64,000 bases of DNA from Squalus acanthias (Eukaryota), in assembly GCA_030390025.1 (NCBI GenBank), contig CM059432.1, positions 17,052,001 to 17,116,000 on the forward strand, given 5' to 3'. Positions 45,901 through 58,959 of the stretch are shown in pieces. The position numbers and the translations under genes were made by a program. The number at the start of each line of letters is the position of its first letter. Positions within the stretch are counted from its first letter, which is position 1. The notes beneath the pieces were generated by a model that saw only the letters and a program-made list of their open reading frames with translations, searched no databases and was not told where the DNA came from.

Positions 45901-47153
45901 TGACTATGTCGGGCTGTTGCTTGACTAGTCTGTGTGACTCCCAATTTTGGCACAAGTCCCCAGATGTTGGTGAGGAGGACTTTGCAGGGTCGACTGGGCT
46001 GGGTGTGCCGTTGCCGTGTTCGTAGCTGGTGCTGAGGTCGATGCCGGGTGGTCCATCCGGTTTCATTCTTATTATTGGCCCAGAAATTCGCCTCTCCGGC
46101 TTGCCGCGGGGGTAAGGATCGCGCGCGCTCTTACCTACCGCGCCTGCCGTTGTGTTTTTGGGCCCACGGGAACTTCAGCTCCTGGTCCTGCTCCAAGAGC
46201 CGGTGCGCAGTGCTTGCGTTTCCCAGGGGCGTAGTTAGTGAGATGCGTCCCCTGGGATCACGTGGGCCATGGAGAGCCAATGGCAGCAGACCATCTTTCA
46301 TTCATAGATTTGACAGGAGACCTGTCAAATCTGTGAATTGAAATTGGCCCCAAAAGAACAGCTAAACTTAAAATACATTAAAAAAAACCCCATCACATTT
46401 ATAAAATAACTATATAGTTAAATAAATTAACCACTTTAAACAAAAATTTAAATTTTTGAAATAATTAAAATACTTTTTAAAAGTGATAAAAATAAACTTA
46501 CCTTTCTTTAAAGTATCTTAAAAAGATAAACCTGTTGAAAAAAATTAAAAATTATACTTAATTAACCACTTACCTTGTTGAAAACGGGTCTTCCGCCTCC
46601 TTTTTAATAGCGTAGTTTCTTCACTACTTACCCTCGCGTAGAAACCTGAAAAAAAATCTAAGTTTGCTGCGTGCGCGCAGCCTCTACCGCGCACGCGGTT
46701 CACCTAGGAACCGCCCCCTTCACCATACCGGAAGTTCCGGTTTCCCGCGCATGCGCAGTGCATGCAGGAAACCGGCACTTCGGGACGCATTACGAGTGAG
46801 TACGGACTGTGTACTCACCCGGGAAGGGCCGATTTTTGGCCCAATGTGTTTCGTAGCAGTTTGTTACAACTGAGAGACTTGCTAGGCCATTTCAGAGGGC
46901 AGTTAAGAGTCTGCGACATTGCTGTGGGTCTGGAGTCACATAAAGGCCAGACCAGGTAAGGACGGCAGATTTCCTTCCCTAAAGGACATTAGTGACAATC
47001 CGATAGTTTCATGGTTACCATTATTCATACTAGCTTTTTTTATTCCAGATTTATTTAATTAACTGAATTTAAATTCCCCAGCAGCCATGGTGGGATTTGA
47101 ACTCACGTCTCTGGATTACTAGCCCAGTGACATTACCACTACACTACCGTTCC
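42977..47153 (-). mobile_element. Full-length single-ORF LINE (CR1-group, L2/Crack/Daphne-like; clade uncertain) with tRNA-like 5' head, degenerate
   Basis: CAACT TSD at 42972-42976 / 47154-47158 splits the Harbinger transposase. [66 protein letters not shown] boxes at the 5' end and an A-rich tail. Confidence 0.88.
46076..46842. mobile_element. Second copy of the GGGCC-terminated MITE, inserted in the LINE 5'UTR
   Basis: Reverse-complement homolog of 37264-37965. Confidence 0.85.
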
Positions 47154-49069
47154 CAACTGTGAAGGTGATATATCTATAAATAATGCATCGGTCACCTGCC
47201 TGATGCATTTGTGCGTGGCTGACTGTGACACCTTAGCTCTGACTCCTGTGGCTGCCTGGAAGGATGCGTAGAACTTGAGGGAGGTGGTGACTTTCACCGC
47301 CACTGTCATGGCATGGCCGCCAGGTCCAGCAGGCAGGAGGTCTTCGTCGAGGAGGCTGTAGAGGTCGGCGACCACCTGCCTTGGCATTCGTAGCCTTCCG
47401 AAAGCACCACTCCTCAGGCAGGTCAAGGAAGCTGAACCTCTGTCTATACGCCCTATTAGGTGGGTAAGGCCTATTGTGAACATGACCCCTCTGTTGCTGC
47501 CTTCTCTGCTGCTCACCTGCAATTCCCTCCTCAGCATGCCCTTGCTACTGGTGCTCCTTTTCCTCCTCCTCTCCTTCACTCCAATAGTGTACAGCTATAG
47601 CAGCATCCACAATCAACTTCTCCTTTTCCAAGTTGAAAGTATCAAAATCTCAATCCCAAACAAATTATTCTCACAAAACCATAGCCTACAATGAACTGAG
47701 AAAGCACCCGTGAGTGCAGCAGCTTTATTCAGATCGAGCCTCCTTTACTTTAACCACATTGATCGAGTTGCGACTATTTCTGCCACGGCTCTCCTGGTGA
47801 CCTTGCCGACCTGCTCGAACCCTGTGTAGCAGTCGTTAAAATCACATTGGAGTCCTAATTGCATCATATGATTAAATATATTCATGAGCTCGTTGGTCCA
47901 GATACTCCCCATTGCTAATATCACAGCTGTTTAACCGCTTGCCCGACCGTATCCCGCCCGTCGGTGGGGTGGTGTGGTTTAAAATCAAGGCCATTGTTTT
48001 TGGTGCTTCAAATCATTCAATTTCGCTCTTTTTGAATTGCATTGGTGTATATTTCCAATTGCCAATGGGCTTGTTTTTCAGATATTTTATCTCCCAATTC
48101 TTAACTCCTCCTCCAATTGTCGCTGCTCAAAATCTTTTTTTTGGTTTTGATATACGCAGCAGGAATTTATGTGCATGATATCCTGTTGCATTTCAGTGGT
48201 CCTGAGCTTTCTGACTCCTGATTATTGTTTCCTGTTCATGACAATAGCACACTGGGTTTAAAATTAGTGCATCTAAACGCCTTATTATGTGTGTCATCGA
48301 CTGACCTCAGAAGTCAGGCTCAAGGTGGTAGGTAGCTTGTGATACACACAAGATTGACCTCAAGGTTTCAGCAGCATCTTCAAGCCAACTTCTTTGGCAA
48401 AACCAATCAAACTCTGCAGGATGAGAACATAAGTACTGTGGCAAGTCTATTATGTACATTTTAAAATACACAATGTAATATTTTCAGAAGATACTGTTTA
48501 AAAACAGTTAATTTTTAAACTGTAGAAAATCAGTTTATTTTGTTTCCCTCCTAAAAATTGTCCTGCCATGCTTCAACCCTCACTACTGGACCTGGCTGCA
48601 GTTCCCACCTGATGATGTTGCTATGCTCCAAGATCTTACTGTGCTGCATGCTTTTGGATGGGAATTCCTAATATGGCAAAATGATTGAGATATTAACAAA
48701 TTCCTGTTTGTGGCAGAGTTTGATCTTGGAATAAAGCAGTGGCATCAGGCAGTAGCTACAGTCATGACTGGCAGTCAGAGATGAATTGGGGCAAAAGTAC
48801 TTCTCTGAAGAAAAGCTTGGGAAAAGAATGCTATCATGAACCTGTGGAAGAGGGAAAGAGAATCTCCGTGATCTGAGGGAAGGGGAAGAGTGCTCGAGTG
48901 AACTGGGGAAGGAGCACTGCACCAACGTTATCCTTGCCAGAGTCTTGCTTAGCATTTTTTGTGACTAGTGCTTTATCTCAATTTATCTGTGGCACTTGCT
49001 GTGACACAGCGGGAAGGTATATGATATGTTCCCAGGAGTCTATCAATTTTGGGGTTCAGCTGTAAGTAA

Positions 49070-50470
49070 GAACATGAGAAAATAAGAATTAGGAGCAGGA
49101 GTAGGCCACGCGTCCCCACGAGCCTGCTCCACCCTTCAGTAAGATCATGGCTGATCTTCAACCTCAACTCCACTTTCCTGCCCTATCCCCATATCCCTTA
49201 ATTCCTCTGGAGTCCAAAAATCCGTCTATCTCGGCCTTGAATATACTCAACGACTGAGCATCCACAGCACTTTGGGGTAGAGAATTGCAAGGATTCACAA
49301 CCCTCTGAGTGAAGAAATTCCTCCTCATCTCGGTCTTAAAAGGCCGGCCCCTTATCCTGAAACTATGCCCCCTAGTTCTAGACTCTCCAGCCAGGGGAAA
49401 CAACCTCTCAGCATCTACCTTGTCAGTCCCCCTCAGAATCTTATAAGTTTCAATGAGATCATCTCTCCTTCTTCTTAACTCCAGAGAGTCCAGTCTACTC
49501 AATCTCTCCTTATACGACAACCCTCTCATCCCAGGGATCAATCTAGCGAACCTTCGATGCACCGTATGTCCTTTCTCCGATAAGGAGACCAAAACTGTGC
49601 ACAGTACCCCAGATGTGGTCTCAGCATAGCCCTGCACAATTGTAATAAGACTTCCTTACTCTTGTACTCCAACCCTCTAGCAATAAAGGCCAACATACCA
49701 TTTGCCTTCCTAATTGCTTGTTGTACCTGCATGCTGACTCACTGTGTTTCTTGTATTAAGACACCCAAATCTCTGAACACCAACATTTAATATTTTCTCA
49801 CCATTTAAAAAATATTCTGTTTTTCTATTCTTCCTACCAAAGTGAATAACCTCACATTTCCCCACATTATACTCCATCTGCCACCTTATTGCCCACTCAC
49901 TTAACCTGTCTATATCCCTTTGCAGGCTCTTTGCGTCTTCCTCACATCTTACTTTTCCACCTAGCTTTGTATCATCAGCAAACTTGGATGCATTGCACTC
50001 AGTCCCTTCATCTAAGTCATTAATATAGATTGTAAATAGCTGAGGCCCAAGCACTGATCCTTGCGGCACCCCACTCGTTACAGCCTGCCAATCTGAAAAT
50101 GACCCGTTTATTCCTGTTCTCTGTTTTCTGTCTGTTGACCAATCCTTTATCCATGCTAATACCTTACCCCCAACCCCATGTGCCCTTATCTTGCTTAACA
50201 ACCTTTTATGTGGCACCTTATCGAATGCCTTTTGGAAATCCAAATATACTACATTCACTGGTTCTCCTTTATCTACCCTGCTAGATACATCCTCAAAAAA
50301 CTCTAATAAATTTGTCAAACACGATTTCCCTTTCATAAAACCATGTTGACTCTGCCTAATCATATTATGATTTTTTTAAGTACCCTGTTACCACTTCCTT
50401 AATAATGGATTCCAGCATTTTCCAGACAACTGATGTCAGGCTAACTGGCCTGTAGTTCCTGGTTTTCTCT
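49070..50470 (-). mobile_element. CR1 3' fragment
   Basis: ORFs 49710-50363, 49538-49732 and 49164-49637 carry CR1 RT/C-terminal motifs. Confidence 0.92.
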
Positions 50471-50929
50471 GTTTGAACAGTCTGGATTTAAACATGTATG
50501 CTTATGTGTACTTTCCCATGGCTTCTTGTGTGGAGTTGTCTGGCTCCTGCATGTCATCTCTTAATAGGAAAAATAGACATCTGGAATTTTCTTTGAGGAA
50601 TAGTGAGCATATTTTTCAGCCATACCATTGTACTGCGTATCCTGGAGCATCAGTGTGACACGTGACTGCATGGCTTGTTAAGTCCTTTTGCTTCGATGAA
50701 GACAGTTTCATTTTGTTTAATCTCTAACAAAAATACTGGATTGATCATAATTATTCTACAATATTGTGTTTTTAACGAGATTTATACACTGTTTAAATCC
50801 TCAGTGGCAGATTATTAAAGATGTTGTTGAATGTTCAATACACCGCAGACAAGTTTTTAAAGTTACACTTTTCCCCATTTCCCCCCCTGTGTGACTCTCC
50901 AATTAAGAGCCTTAGAAGACAAGGCAATC

Positions 50930-51013
50930 ATGGCTGATGTCCTACCTAATGCAATATTGGAAATATGTGTAGTTGTGGGAGCATCTAACGAAAAATTGAA
51001 GGAAGTTTGCCAG
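50930..51013 (+). CDS. DENND3: DENN domain-containing protein 3, first coding exon (MADVLPNAILEICVVVGASNEKLKEVCQ)
   Basis: ATG in ATCATGG context, upstream polypyrimidine tract and AG, CAG|GTAAGT donor (phase 0); resembles the DENND3 N-terminus as recalled (LPSGLLELCALLGA). Confidence 0.88.
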
Positions 51014-51324
51014 GTAAGTAGTATTTAAAAAACAAAAACTGTTTCTGGTGTCTACCATTTACCAATGCTGAAAACTGGACAGTTGGAGATACCCGAGAAT
51101 GGTATTGGGCTGACTTTCAGTGTGATTTGCCTTCCCATGTGGCTCCTAGTGGACACGCCTGGCCTCTGGTGTCTCCCCACAGTATCATGGCAGGATTGGC
51201 AACTTAGGATGACTGTGAGGCAAGGTCAAGACCGACAGCACAGTTGGTTCCATGTTGCACTATTTCACCATGCCCCTGCAGTTTTTTTTTAAGTGCTTTT
51301 TAAAAGCAAGATTTGGTTTTATTA

Positions 51325-51636
51325 TCACCCTTTGAAGTGTCTGAAAGTACAACACATAAAATGAATTACTGTGAGGTGTGTGACCATTATTTTGTTGGTA
51401 ACCATTGTGTGCACAGCAAGCTCCCGCAAACCAGCAGATGAATCACCAGTTAATCTATTTTTAATGGCGTTGGTTAAAGAAGGCATGTTGGCCAGGTCAC
51501 TGGGAGAAATCCGTGCTCTTCCTGGAATCATGAAATGGAATTTTAACATCCAACCGAATAGGCAGTTGGGACCTCATTTTAACATTTCATTTGAAGTATG
51601 GCACCTCTGACAATTCAGTATCCTTTCAATACTGCA
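51325..51636 (-). mobile_element. Old diverged DeuSINE-like copy
   Basis: Degenerate TTGTGTGCACAGCAAGCTCCC...GGCACCTCTGACA match to the other copies. Confidence 0.6.
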
Positions 51637-53021
51637 ATTTTGTGAATTTATTAGCTCCCTTCCTGCTCATATGTAGCTCATCCTGGCAGAATAGCTCCCT
51701 TCTTCCCGAAAACTGGTGCCGCTGGCCCATAAATTTTAAACCTTCTTTCTAACACCAGCCCTTTAGCTAGTTGTTTGAGCTCCCTTATCTTCATAACCTT
51801 CCTGATTCCAGCATGGTTGGGGGACTAATGTAGTGATTACCACCCTTGTTGTCCAGCTCCTACACCTACTACCCAAACTCCGAAACCTGCTTCCTTTTGC
51901 AGGCCTTCAGGCTTTTCTTTTCCTATATCGTTGGCTTCCACATGGGCTATGATAACTGGCTGCTCTACCTCCCCATCCATGATCTTCAGTTTTTCTTAAA
52001 TGCTCCTTACCTTACACCTGAGAGGCAACAAAGGATCAAGGACACTCGGTCACAACATCAAAGGATAGAGTCCACCTCTCCAACTAATGAGTTTCCTATT
52101 ACTACTGCATTCCCAACTGAATTGCTAATCTCTTCCCCTTGAACCATCTCCTGTTTTTTGATAACATTGTAATCTATTTGATGGTCTTGCTCACGGGAAG
52201 CCAATGCTTGAAACTTGTTGGAGAGGGTGATTTTGCTCTGGACATTACTGCTCTAGCCTGTCACTTTCTCTGACCTGTGGATAGTCGCCACTCCTCCTTC
52301 TACCACCGATTTCTCCCTATCTCAGTGGGCTACCACCTTCTGAAACCCTTGCTCCAGAAACTTTCCTCCCTCCCTGATGTGTGGACTATCTCCAATGGCG
52401 CCTGAATTCTCAGATCTTGAGCTCAAGTAATTTTGGAGACGCTTCCTGTAGATATGTTTGTCCGAGTCAACATCTGCTACTCAACTCCAATATCCTGCAA
52501 AGAGCTTAATTTACCTTCCTGTGCTGTCATTCGTACTATGAATGTTAGTTAAGTTTTTATTCTTATCTATTTAAATTTCAATTAAACAACTGTCCCCTCC
52601 CGCCCCCGCTTCAAATCCCCACTCTAGTTAACTCTGGAAATTATCATCGCTAAACCTGATCCTGTCCTTGCCGAATATCCACAAATGTGCACTTTCCAGT
52701 TGAGGTCACTTCATTGCCATCAGTTAACATAGTGCAGAATTGGGGTTGAACCAGGGACTTTCTAGTCTATAATATAGTACTATGCATCAGGTTTGGTGCT
52801 TTATTGTACAGACCAGCAAAACCTTAAATGGTTGTTTGAGCTAGCGTCTTGTATGTACTGTATATTTAAAAAAAAAATTGTGTTTTGTCATAAAGTGCAA
52901 TATAAAGACTACTTAAGCATTTACTTTACCTGAATTAGTTCATAGTTCTTGTAATACACTTGTCAATTATATTTTCAGTAATGCTTGTATGTAGCATTGG
53001 TTTGTCTGTTTCTTTCTTTAG

Positions 53022-53304
53022 GCAGCCTATAAAGGTAGTGCTCGATCGAGTAATTGTCTTAGCCCAGAGGTTCGATCAGTTCATGTTCCTCCATTTGTTA
53101 GCAAAGAGGACAGTCAGCCTGGTTACGTTGCTCAAAACTTTAGCAGAACTCCAAGACGCCGCTCATTCAAAAAGAAAAAGGAATACAAGCGTGCAACTTC
53201 TGCTTCAAGCAACGCAAATTCAGGTCACAAAGAGCCACAGACTGAAGAATTTAGCATTCCAAATAATATAGATCTCCACGGGCTACTTCAGTTATGTTTC
53301 CCAG
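53022..53304 (+). CDS. DENND3: DENND3 coding exon 2 (AAYKGS...PEVRSVHVPPFVSKEDSQ...IDLHGLLQLCFP)
   Basis: TTTCTTTAG acceptor, G|GTAAGT donor; 283 nt open in frame with the previous exon; uDENN motifs PEV..VPPF.SKEDSQ and LCFPG. Confidence 0.93.
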
Positions 53305-53971
53305 GTAAGTCATTTATATTTGAAAATCACTTATTTTTCTCCTCTGCACATCCAACCAGGCGAGGACCTTTTACTAAACGTGACGGCACATTTTCTGCTT
53401 TCATCACTGTTTTGTGATGAGTTTGGAATTCAACCCGAAGTACATGCCATGCTTGGGTATGTGTGCTTGTGTGTATTGTTTGCTTTTCTTCAGGTCTTAA
53501 CATTGCTTCCACCTGATCATTCTGCAGTTGAAGCCACAGTTATGGCCCTGAAATTGCGGTGTCTGCATGTGCGAAATCCGGAAATTGCGATCTGTCAAGT
53601 TACACCTTGACAGATCATCTGAACTGCCTGAAAACTCGGTATTGCTGGTGCAGAGTTGGGCTATTTGCCCAACAATTGCCCACACAACTCTTACGACTGG
53701 TAAAAGCAGGAATAGGGCTAGCTTGCATCAATGTAAGGGTATATATAAGGCTTAAATAAAACATTTAAAAATCCAAAATTATGCACATACACTTTAAATG
53801 AGTTTAGGCAAATATTGGCCCAGATTAAGATGTTTAAAATTATTTATCAAAATATAAATTTTTATTGAGATTGGTGTAATGAAGAAACTTACAAATAAAA
53901 TTGCAATTCAGTACATTGTATAATTAGAATTCTGTACATTGCATAATTATTTGGGGATTCCATTGCATATA

Positions 53972-56900
53972 GAACAGATCTAGCAGCTCAAACCTGGGCA
54001 TCCATGAGGCACTGTGGGCCATCAGCAGCAGCAGAATTGTATTCCACCACAATCTGTAACCTCATGGCCCGGCATATCCCTCACTCTACCATTACCATCA
54101 AGCCAGGGGACCAACCCTGGTTCAATAAGGAGTGTAGAAGAGCATGCCAGGAGCAGCACCAGGCATACCTAAAAATGCGGTGCCAACCTGGGGAAGCTGC
54201 AACATAGGACTACACGCATGCTAAAAAGCGGAAGCCGCATGCATGTAACACAATCAACGGATCAGATCAAAGCTCTGCAGTCCTGCCACATCCAGTCCTG
54301 AATGGTGGTGGACCATTCAACAACTAACTGCAGCAGGAGGCTCCATGAATATCCCCATCCTCCATGATGGTGGAACCAGCACGTGAGTGCAAAAGACAAA
54401 GCTGAAGCGTTTGCAACCATTTTCAGCCAGAAGTGCCGAGTGGATGATCCATATCAGCCTACTCCTGAGGTCCCCACCACCACAGAAGCCAGTCTTCAGC
54501 CAATTCAATTCACTCCATGTGATATCAAGAAATGGCTGAGTGCACTGGATACAGCAAAGGCTGTCGTGCTGAAGACTTGTGCTCCAGAACTAGCCGTGCC
54601 TCTAGCCAAGCTGTTCCAGTACAGCTATAACACTGGCATCTATCTGACAAAGTGGAAAAACTGCCCAGGTATGTCCTGTCCACAAAAAGCAATACAAATC
54701 CAATCCGGCCAATTACCACCCCATCAGTCTACTCTCAATCATCAGCAAAGTGATGGAAGGTGTCATCGACAGTACTATCAAGCAGTACTTACTCACCAAT
54801 AACTTGCTCACTGATGCCCAGTTTGGATTCCGCCAGAACCACTCTGCTCCAGACCTCATTACAGGCTTGGTCCAAAGATTAGCATGGAAAATTGAAGCTC
54901 ATGGGATAAAGGGGAAAGTATTGACGTGGATAGAGAACTGGCTGTCAGATAGAAAACAGAGAGTTGGAATAAACGGCTCATTTTCTGAATGGCAGGCAGT
55001 AACAAGTGGGGTACCACAGGGATCTGTCCTGGGTCCCCAGCTGTTCACAATTTATATTAATGACCTGGATCAGGGAGTCGAATGCAGCATTTCCAAATTT
55101 GCAGACGACACTAAACTAGGAGGGGGGGTGGGCTCAGAGGAGGAGACCAGGAAGCTCCAGAGCGATTTGGACAGACTGGGTGATTGGGCGGATAAATGGC
55201 AGATGCACTATAATGTGGACAAGTGCGAAGTTATCCACCTTGGGTGCAGGAACGGGAGGGCAAATTATTATTTAAATGGCAATAAATTGGGAGAGGGGGA
55301 AGTACAGAGAGACCTGGGTGTTCTTGTACACCAGTCACTGAAGGCGAGCATGCAGGTGCAACAGGCGGTCAAGAAGGCAAACGGTATGCTGGCCTTCATA
55401 GCAAAAGGGTTGGAATACAGGAACAGGGATACCTTGCTGCAGCTGTACAGGGCACTGGTGAGACCACACCTCGAGTACTGTGTACAGTTTTGGTCGCCTC
55501 ATCTGAGGAAAGATGTTCTTGCCATGGAGGGGGTGCAGCGGCGATTCACCAGGCTGATACCAGGAATGGCGGGATTGACCTATGAGGAGAGACTATGTAG
55601 TTTAGGGATGTACACACTGGAGTTTAGAAGATTGAGAGGGGACCTCATAGAAGTGTATAAAATTCTGACAGGTCTAGACAGACTAGATGCAGAAGGAATG
55701 TTTCCCTTGGCGGGTGAGAACAGAACTAGAGGACATAATTTAAGGATAAGGGCTAAACCATTTAGGACAGAAATGAGGGGGAATTTCTTCACTCAGAGAG
55801 TGGTGAACCTGTGGAACTCATTGCCACAGAGGGCAGTGTACGCCAGCTCATTAAATATATTTAAGAGGGAATTAGATCTATTTCTACAGGCAAAAGGGGT
55901 TAAGGGTTACGGAGAGAAGGCGGGGACGGGATACTGAATTGAAGGATCAGCCATGATCTCATTAAATGGCGGAGCAGGCTCGAAGGGCCGGATGGCCTAC
56001 TCCTGCTCCTATCTTCTATGTATCTATCTATGTATCTATGGACAAAAGAGCTGAATTCCAGAGGTGAGGTGAGAGTGACTGCCCTTGACATCAAGGCAGC
56101 ATTTGACCGAGTGTGGCATGAAGGAGCCCAAGTAAAACTGAAGTCAATGGGAATCGGGGCAAAAATTCTCCACAGGCTGGAGTCATACCTAGCACAAAGG
56201 AAGATGGTTGTGTTGGTTGGAGGTCAATCATCACAGCCCCAGGACATCGCTGCAGGAGTTCTTCAGGGCAGTGTCCTAGGCCCAACCATCTTCAGCGGCT
56301 TCATCAATGACCTTCCCTCCAACATCAGGTCAGAAATGGGGATGTTTGCTGATGACTGCAGTGTTCAGTTCCTTTCGCAACTCCTCAGATAATGAAGCAG
56401 TCCATGCCCGCATGCTGCAAGACCTGGACGACATTCAGGCTTGGGCTGATAAGTGGCAGGTAACATTTGCACCACACAAGTGCCAGGCAATGACTATCTC
56501 CAACAAGCGAGCGTCTGACCACCGTCCCTTGAAATTCATCAGCATTACCATCGCCGAATCTCCTACCATCAATATCCTGGGGGGGGGTCACCATTGACCA
56601 GAAACTTAACTGGACCAGCCACATAAATACTGTGGCAACAAGAGCAGGTCAGAGGCTGGGTATTCTGCGGCGAGTGTTTCACTTCCTGACTCCCCAAAGC
56701 CTTTCCACCATCTACAAGCCACAACTCAGGAGTGTGATGGAATACTCTCCACTTGCCTGGATGAGTGCAGCTCCAACAACACTCAAGAAGCTCGACACCA
56801 TCCAGGACAAAGCAGCCCGCTTGATTGGCACCCCATCCACCACCTTAAACATTCACTCCCTCCACCACTGGCGACTGTGACTGCAGTGTGTACAATCTAC

Positions 56901-57250
56901 AAGATGCACTGCAGCAACTTGCCAAGGCTTCTTCGGCAGCACCTCCCAAACCCGCGACCTCTACCACCTAGCAGGACAAGGGCAGCAGGCGCGTGGGGAC
57001 ACCACCACCTCCAAGTTCCCCTCCAAGTCACACACCATCCTGACTTGGAAGTATATAACTTCATCGTCGCTGGGTCAAAATCCTGGAACTCCTTCCCTAA
57101 CAGCACTGTGGGAGTACCTTTTACTATACGGACTGCAGCGGTTCAAGAAGGCGGCTCACCACCACTTTCTCAAGGGCAACTAGGGATGGGCAATAAATGC
57201 TGACCTTGCCAGCGATCCCACATCCCATGAACGAATTAAAAATAAAAAAT
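53972..57250 (+). mobile_element. 5'-truncated copy of the same single-ORF LINE family as 42977-47153, interrupted by a CR1
   Basis: Homologous to the reverse complement of ~45275-42977; tail AATTAAAAATAAAAAAT. Confidence 0.88.
54877..56037 (+). mobile_element. CR1 3' fragment with open RT C-terminal frame, nested in the LINE
   Basis: ORF 54750-55937 from RLAWKIEAHG onward; ATGTATCT-type tail; host LINE resumes at ATGGACAAAAGAG. Confidence 0.92.
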
Positions 57251-57678
57251 AATTTGGGGATTCCCTTCATAAATGATTCCATTGTTTTTGTTTAAATTGA
57301 ATTCTGAAGCATTTTCAAAATAGCAAACTTGCTATTGTATCTGCAACATGTTAAAACTGTTATTGTTCGATGACAGTTGGCAATCTTGTGGGCCTGACTC
57401 GATCTACAGGCTCCAGGAAGATAGCATATGGTCCTAGTGATTGAAAACTGTGAAGAATATAAAAAGTTTTTTATATACCATTACAATAAACCGAATTAAA
57501 AATGGAGCATTAAAAAAACCTTGTTTTCAAACTGGGATTATTTTGAGGAATATAAACCCATTGTTTGTCTGCATATAAGTAGCATCATTGCATGGTGAAA
57601 TTTTTGCTGATTACGTACAATATTAAACTGCGCAAAAATAATATGCTGTTCTGCAGAATATTGCTTGTTCATTTACAG

Positions 57679-57794
57679 GAGAACTGCAAATAGAGACTGA
57701 ACCAAAGGAGGACCACTATCATTTCCTGGTGTTCACAGATGTTTTTGGAACAAGGACCTATGGTGTGGTAGTGCAGTTCTACAGACCTATTCAG
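57679..57794 (+). CDS. DENND3: DENND3 coding exon 3 ((G)[38 protein letters not shown]); gene continues beyond the window
   Basis: TTTACAG acceptor (phase 1, matching exon 2), CAG|GTATAT donor; uDENN signature HFLV.TD..G.RTYG. Confidence 0.94.
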
Positions 57795-58959
57795 GTATAT
57801 AAAGTGTACAGTAATAACTCCTTTTAACTTGAAAAATGCAGTGTAGATTCTCACCTGTAGGTTTCCACAGGAAATGTGTGTCTTTTGCAATCTGTCTTAA
57901 TTAGGCAGTTGCCAAATGGAAGTGCTGAGTTCCTGCCAGTGCTTTTCTCAAACTGATGTGCTAAGTGTTGTACTTTTTTTGGTCTGATTGACTGACTGAT
58001 ACTGGATGCTAACCATGTTGGGAATTGATGGGGGTGGGGGCTTTGGGTGGTGGGAAGAATAAATGTGTACTAGTCAGTGCACTAATCACTTGTACACATG
58101 TGCAAGACTTCCCTACAGAGAAAAGGAATAACTATGGGAAATTTCCCCTTTTTGATACTCAGCAACTCTTGCAGGTGGAATTTAAAATAGAATTTTACAT
58201 AACGTGAAGTGTATTAGTTTAACCAATGTACCTTTGCAAATAGTGAGTTCTCGTTTCTGGCTAGGCTGTTAAATCATAGCATCATACAATTTTATAAGCA
58301 CAGAAGGAGGCCATTTGACTCGTCATGCCTGTGCAAGCGCTGTGAAGGAGCTACCATCAGTTGCAGTCCCCTGCCCTTTCCCCATACCTTTTCAAAATTT
58401 TTCTTTTTCAAATATTTATTTACTCTCATAGATTCTGCTTCTACCACTATTTCTGGTAGGGCATTCCATATCCTAACAAGCTTCAGGCGAAAAAAAATCC
58501 AAACTTCTCGTTTTTTGGCTAATCTTAAATTTATGCCTTCTAATTACAGGGTTACTGACCAAAGAAAATAGTTTTTCCTGATGTCCCTTACCAAAATCCC
58601 TCATTAGTTTGAACATCTTAAGCTGATCTTCTCAATCTTTTTCTGCAAATCTTTTGTCTACCCCGTAACCACCTTCTATGTTTTTTTTAAAATTCCTAAC
58701 CTCTTACTTTTGTTTTTGGTGGTGATCTGAAATTTATACACTCTAGTTATCAGCTTCGTGATCAGTGAAAATAGTTTTTCCCAATAAACGCCTCATAATT
58801 TTGAACATTGGTAACATACGAACAATCACGGACAAGTAAAGACTCTCTGGTGCATCGAGCCTGTTCCACACAATTGCGATTCCTTGTGTATCACAATGTA
58901 TACTCGCCACCCCACCCGAAACCAGATATCCCCAACTATTCTAATTGTATTTTGGCTTC

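Larger units (their letters stand above)
38427..47993. mobile_element. Decayed autonomous-type Harbinger/PIF transposon: Myb/SANT-like gene remnant on + (~38640-39400), DDE transposase remnant on - (~47480-47154 and 42976-42850), with nested insertions
   Basis: TIR-like TGGCCCTGATATTAACC / GGTTTAAAATCAAGGCCA. Myb-like FSDAFLDVLL...EVAEEVS...WLQC and RTGGGP. Transposase VAVKVTTSLKFYAS...VSQSATHKCIRQVTDALF and FPQVQGAIGCTHV. Confidence 0.78.

Noticed and set aside
24744..47153. tRNA genes suggested by A/B boxes
   Set aside because: All lie at the heads of interspersed SINE or LINE copies; I could not see a complete cloverleaf.
42283..47579. Domesticated HARBI1 or NAIF1/MSANTD-like host gene
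   Set aside because: Stops, frameshifts, a catalytic Asp replaced (GAIGCTH), truncation and interruption by a LINE indicate a dead transposon.
52960..53271. 103-aa ORF in the supplied track
   Set aside because: Wrong frame overlapping DENND3 exon 53022-53304; the true frame is set by the splice sites.
54750..55937. 395-aa ORF that looks like a novel hybrid reverse transcriptase
   Set aside because: Chance in-frame fusion where a 5'-truncated CR1 inserted into another LINE. It lacks the LDxxKAFD catalytic motif, and the host RT resumes at ~56038.
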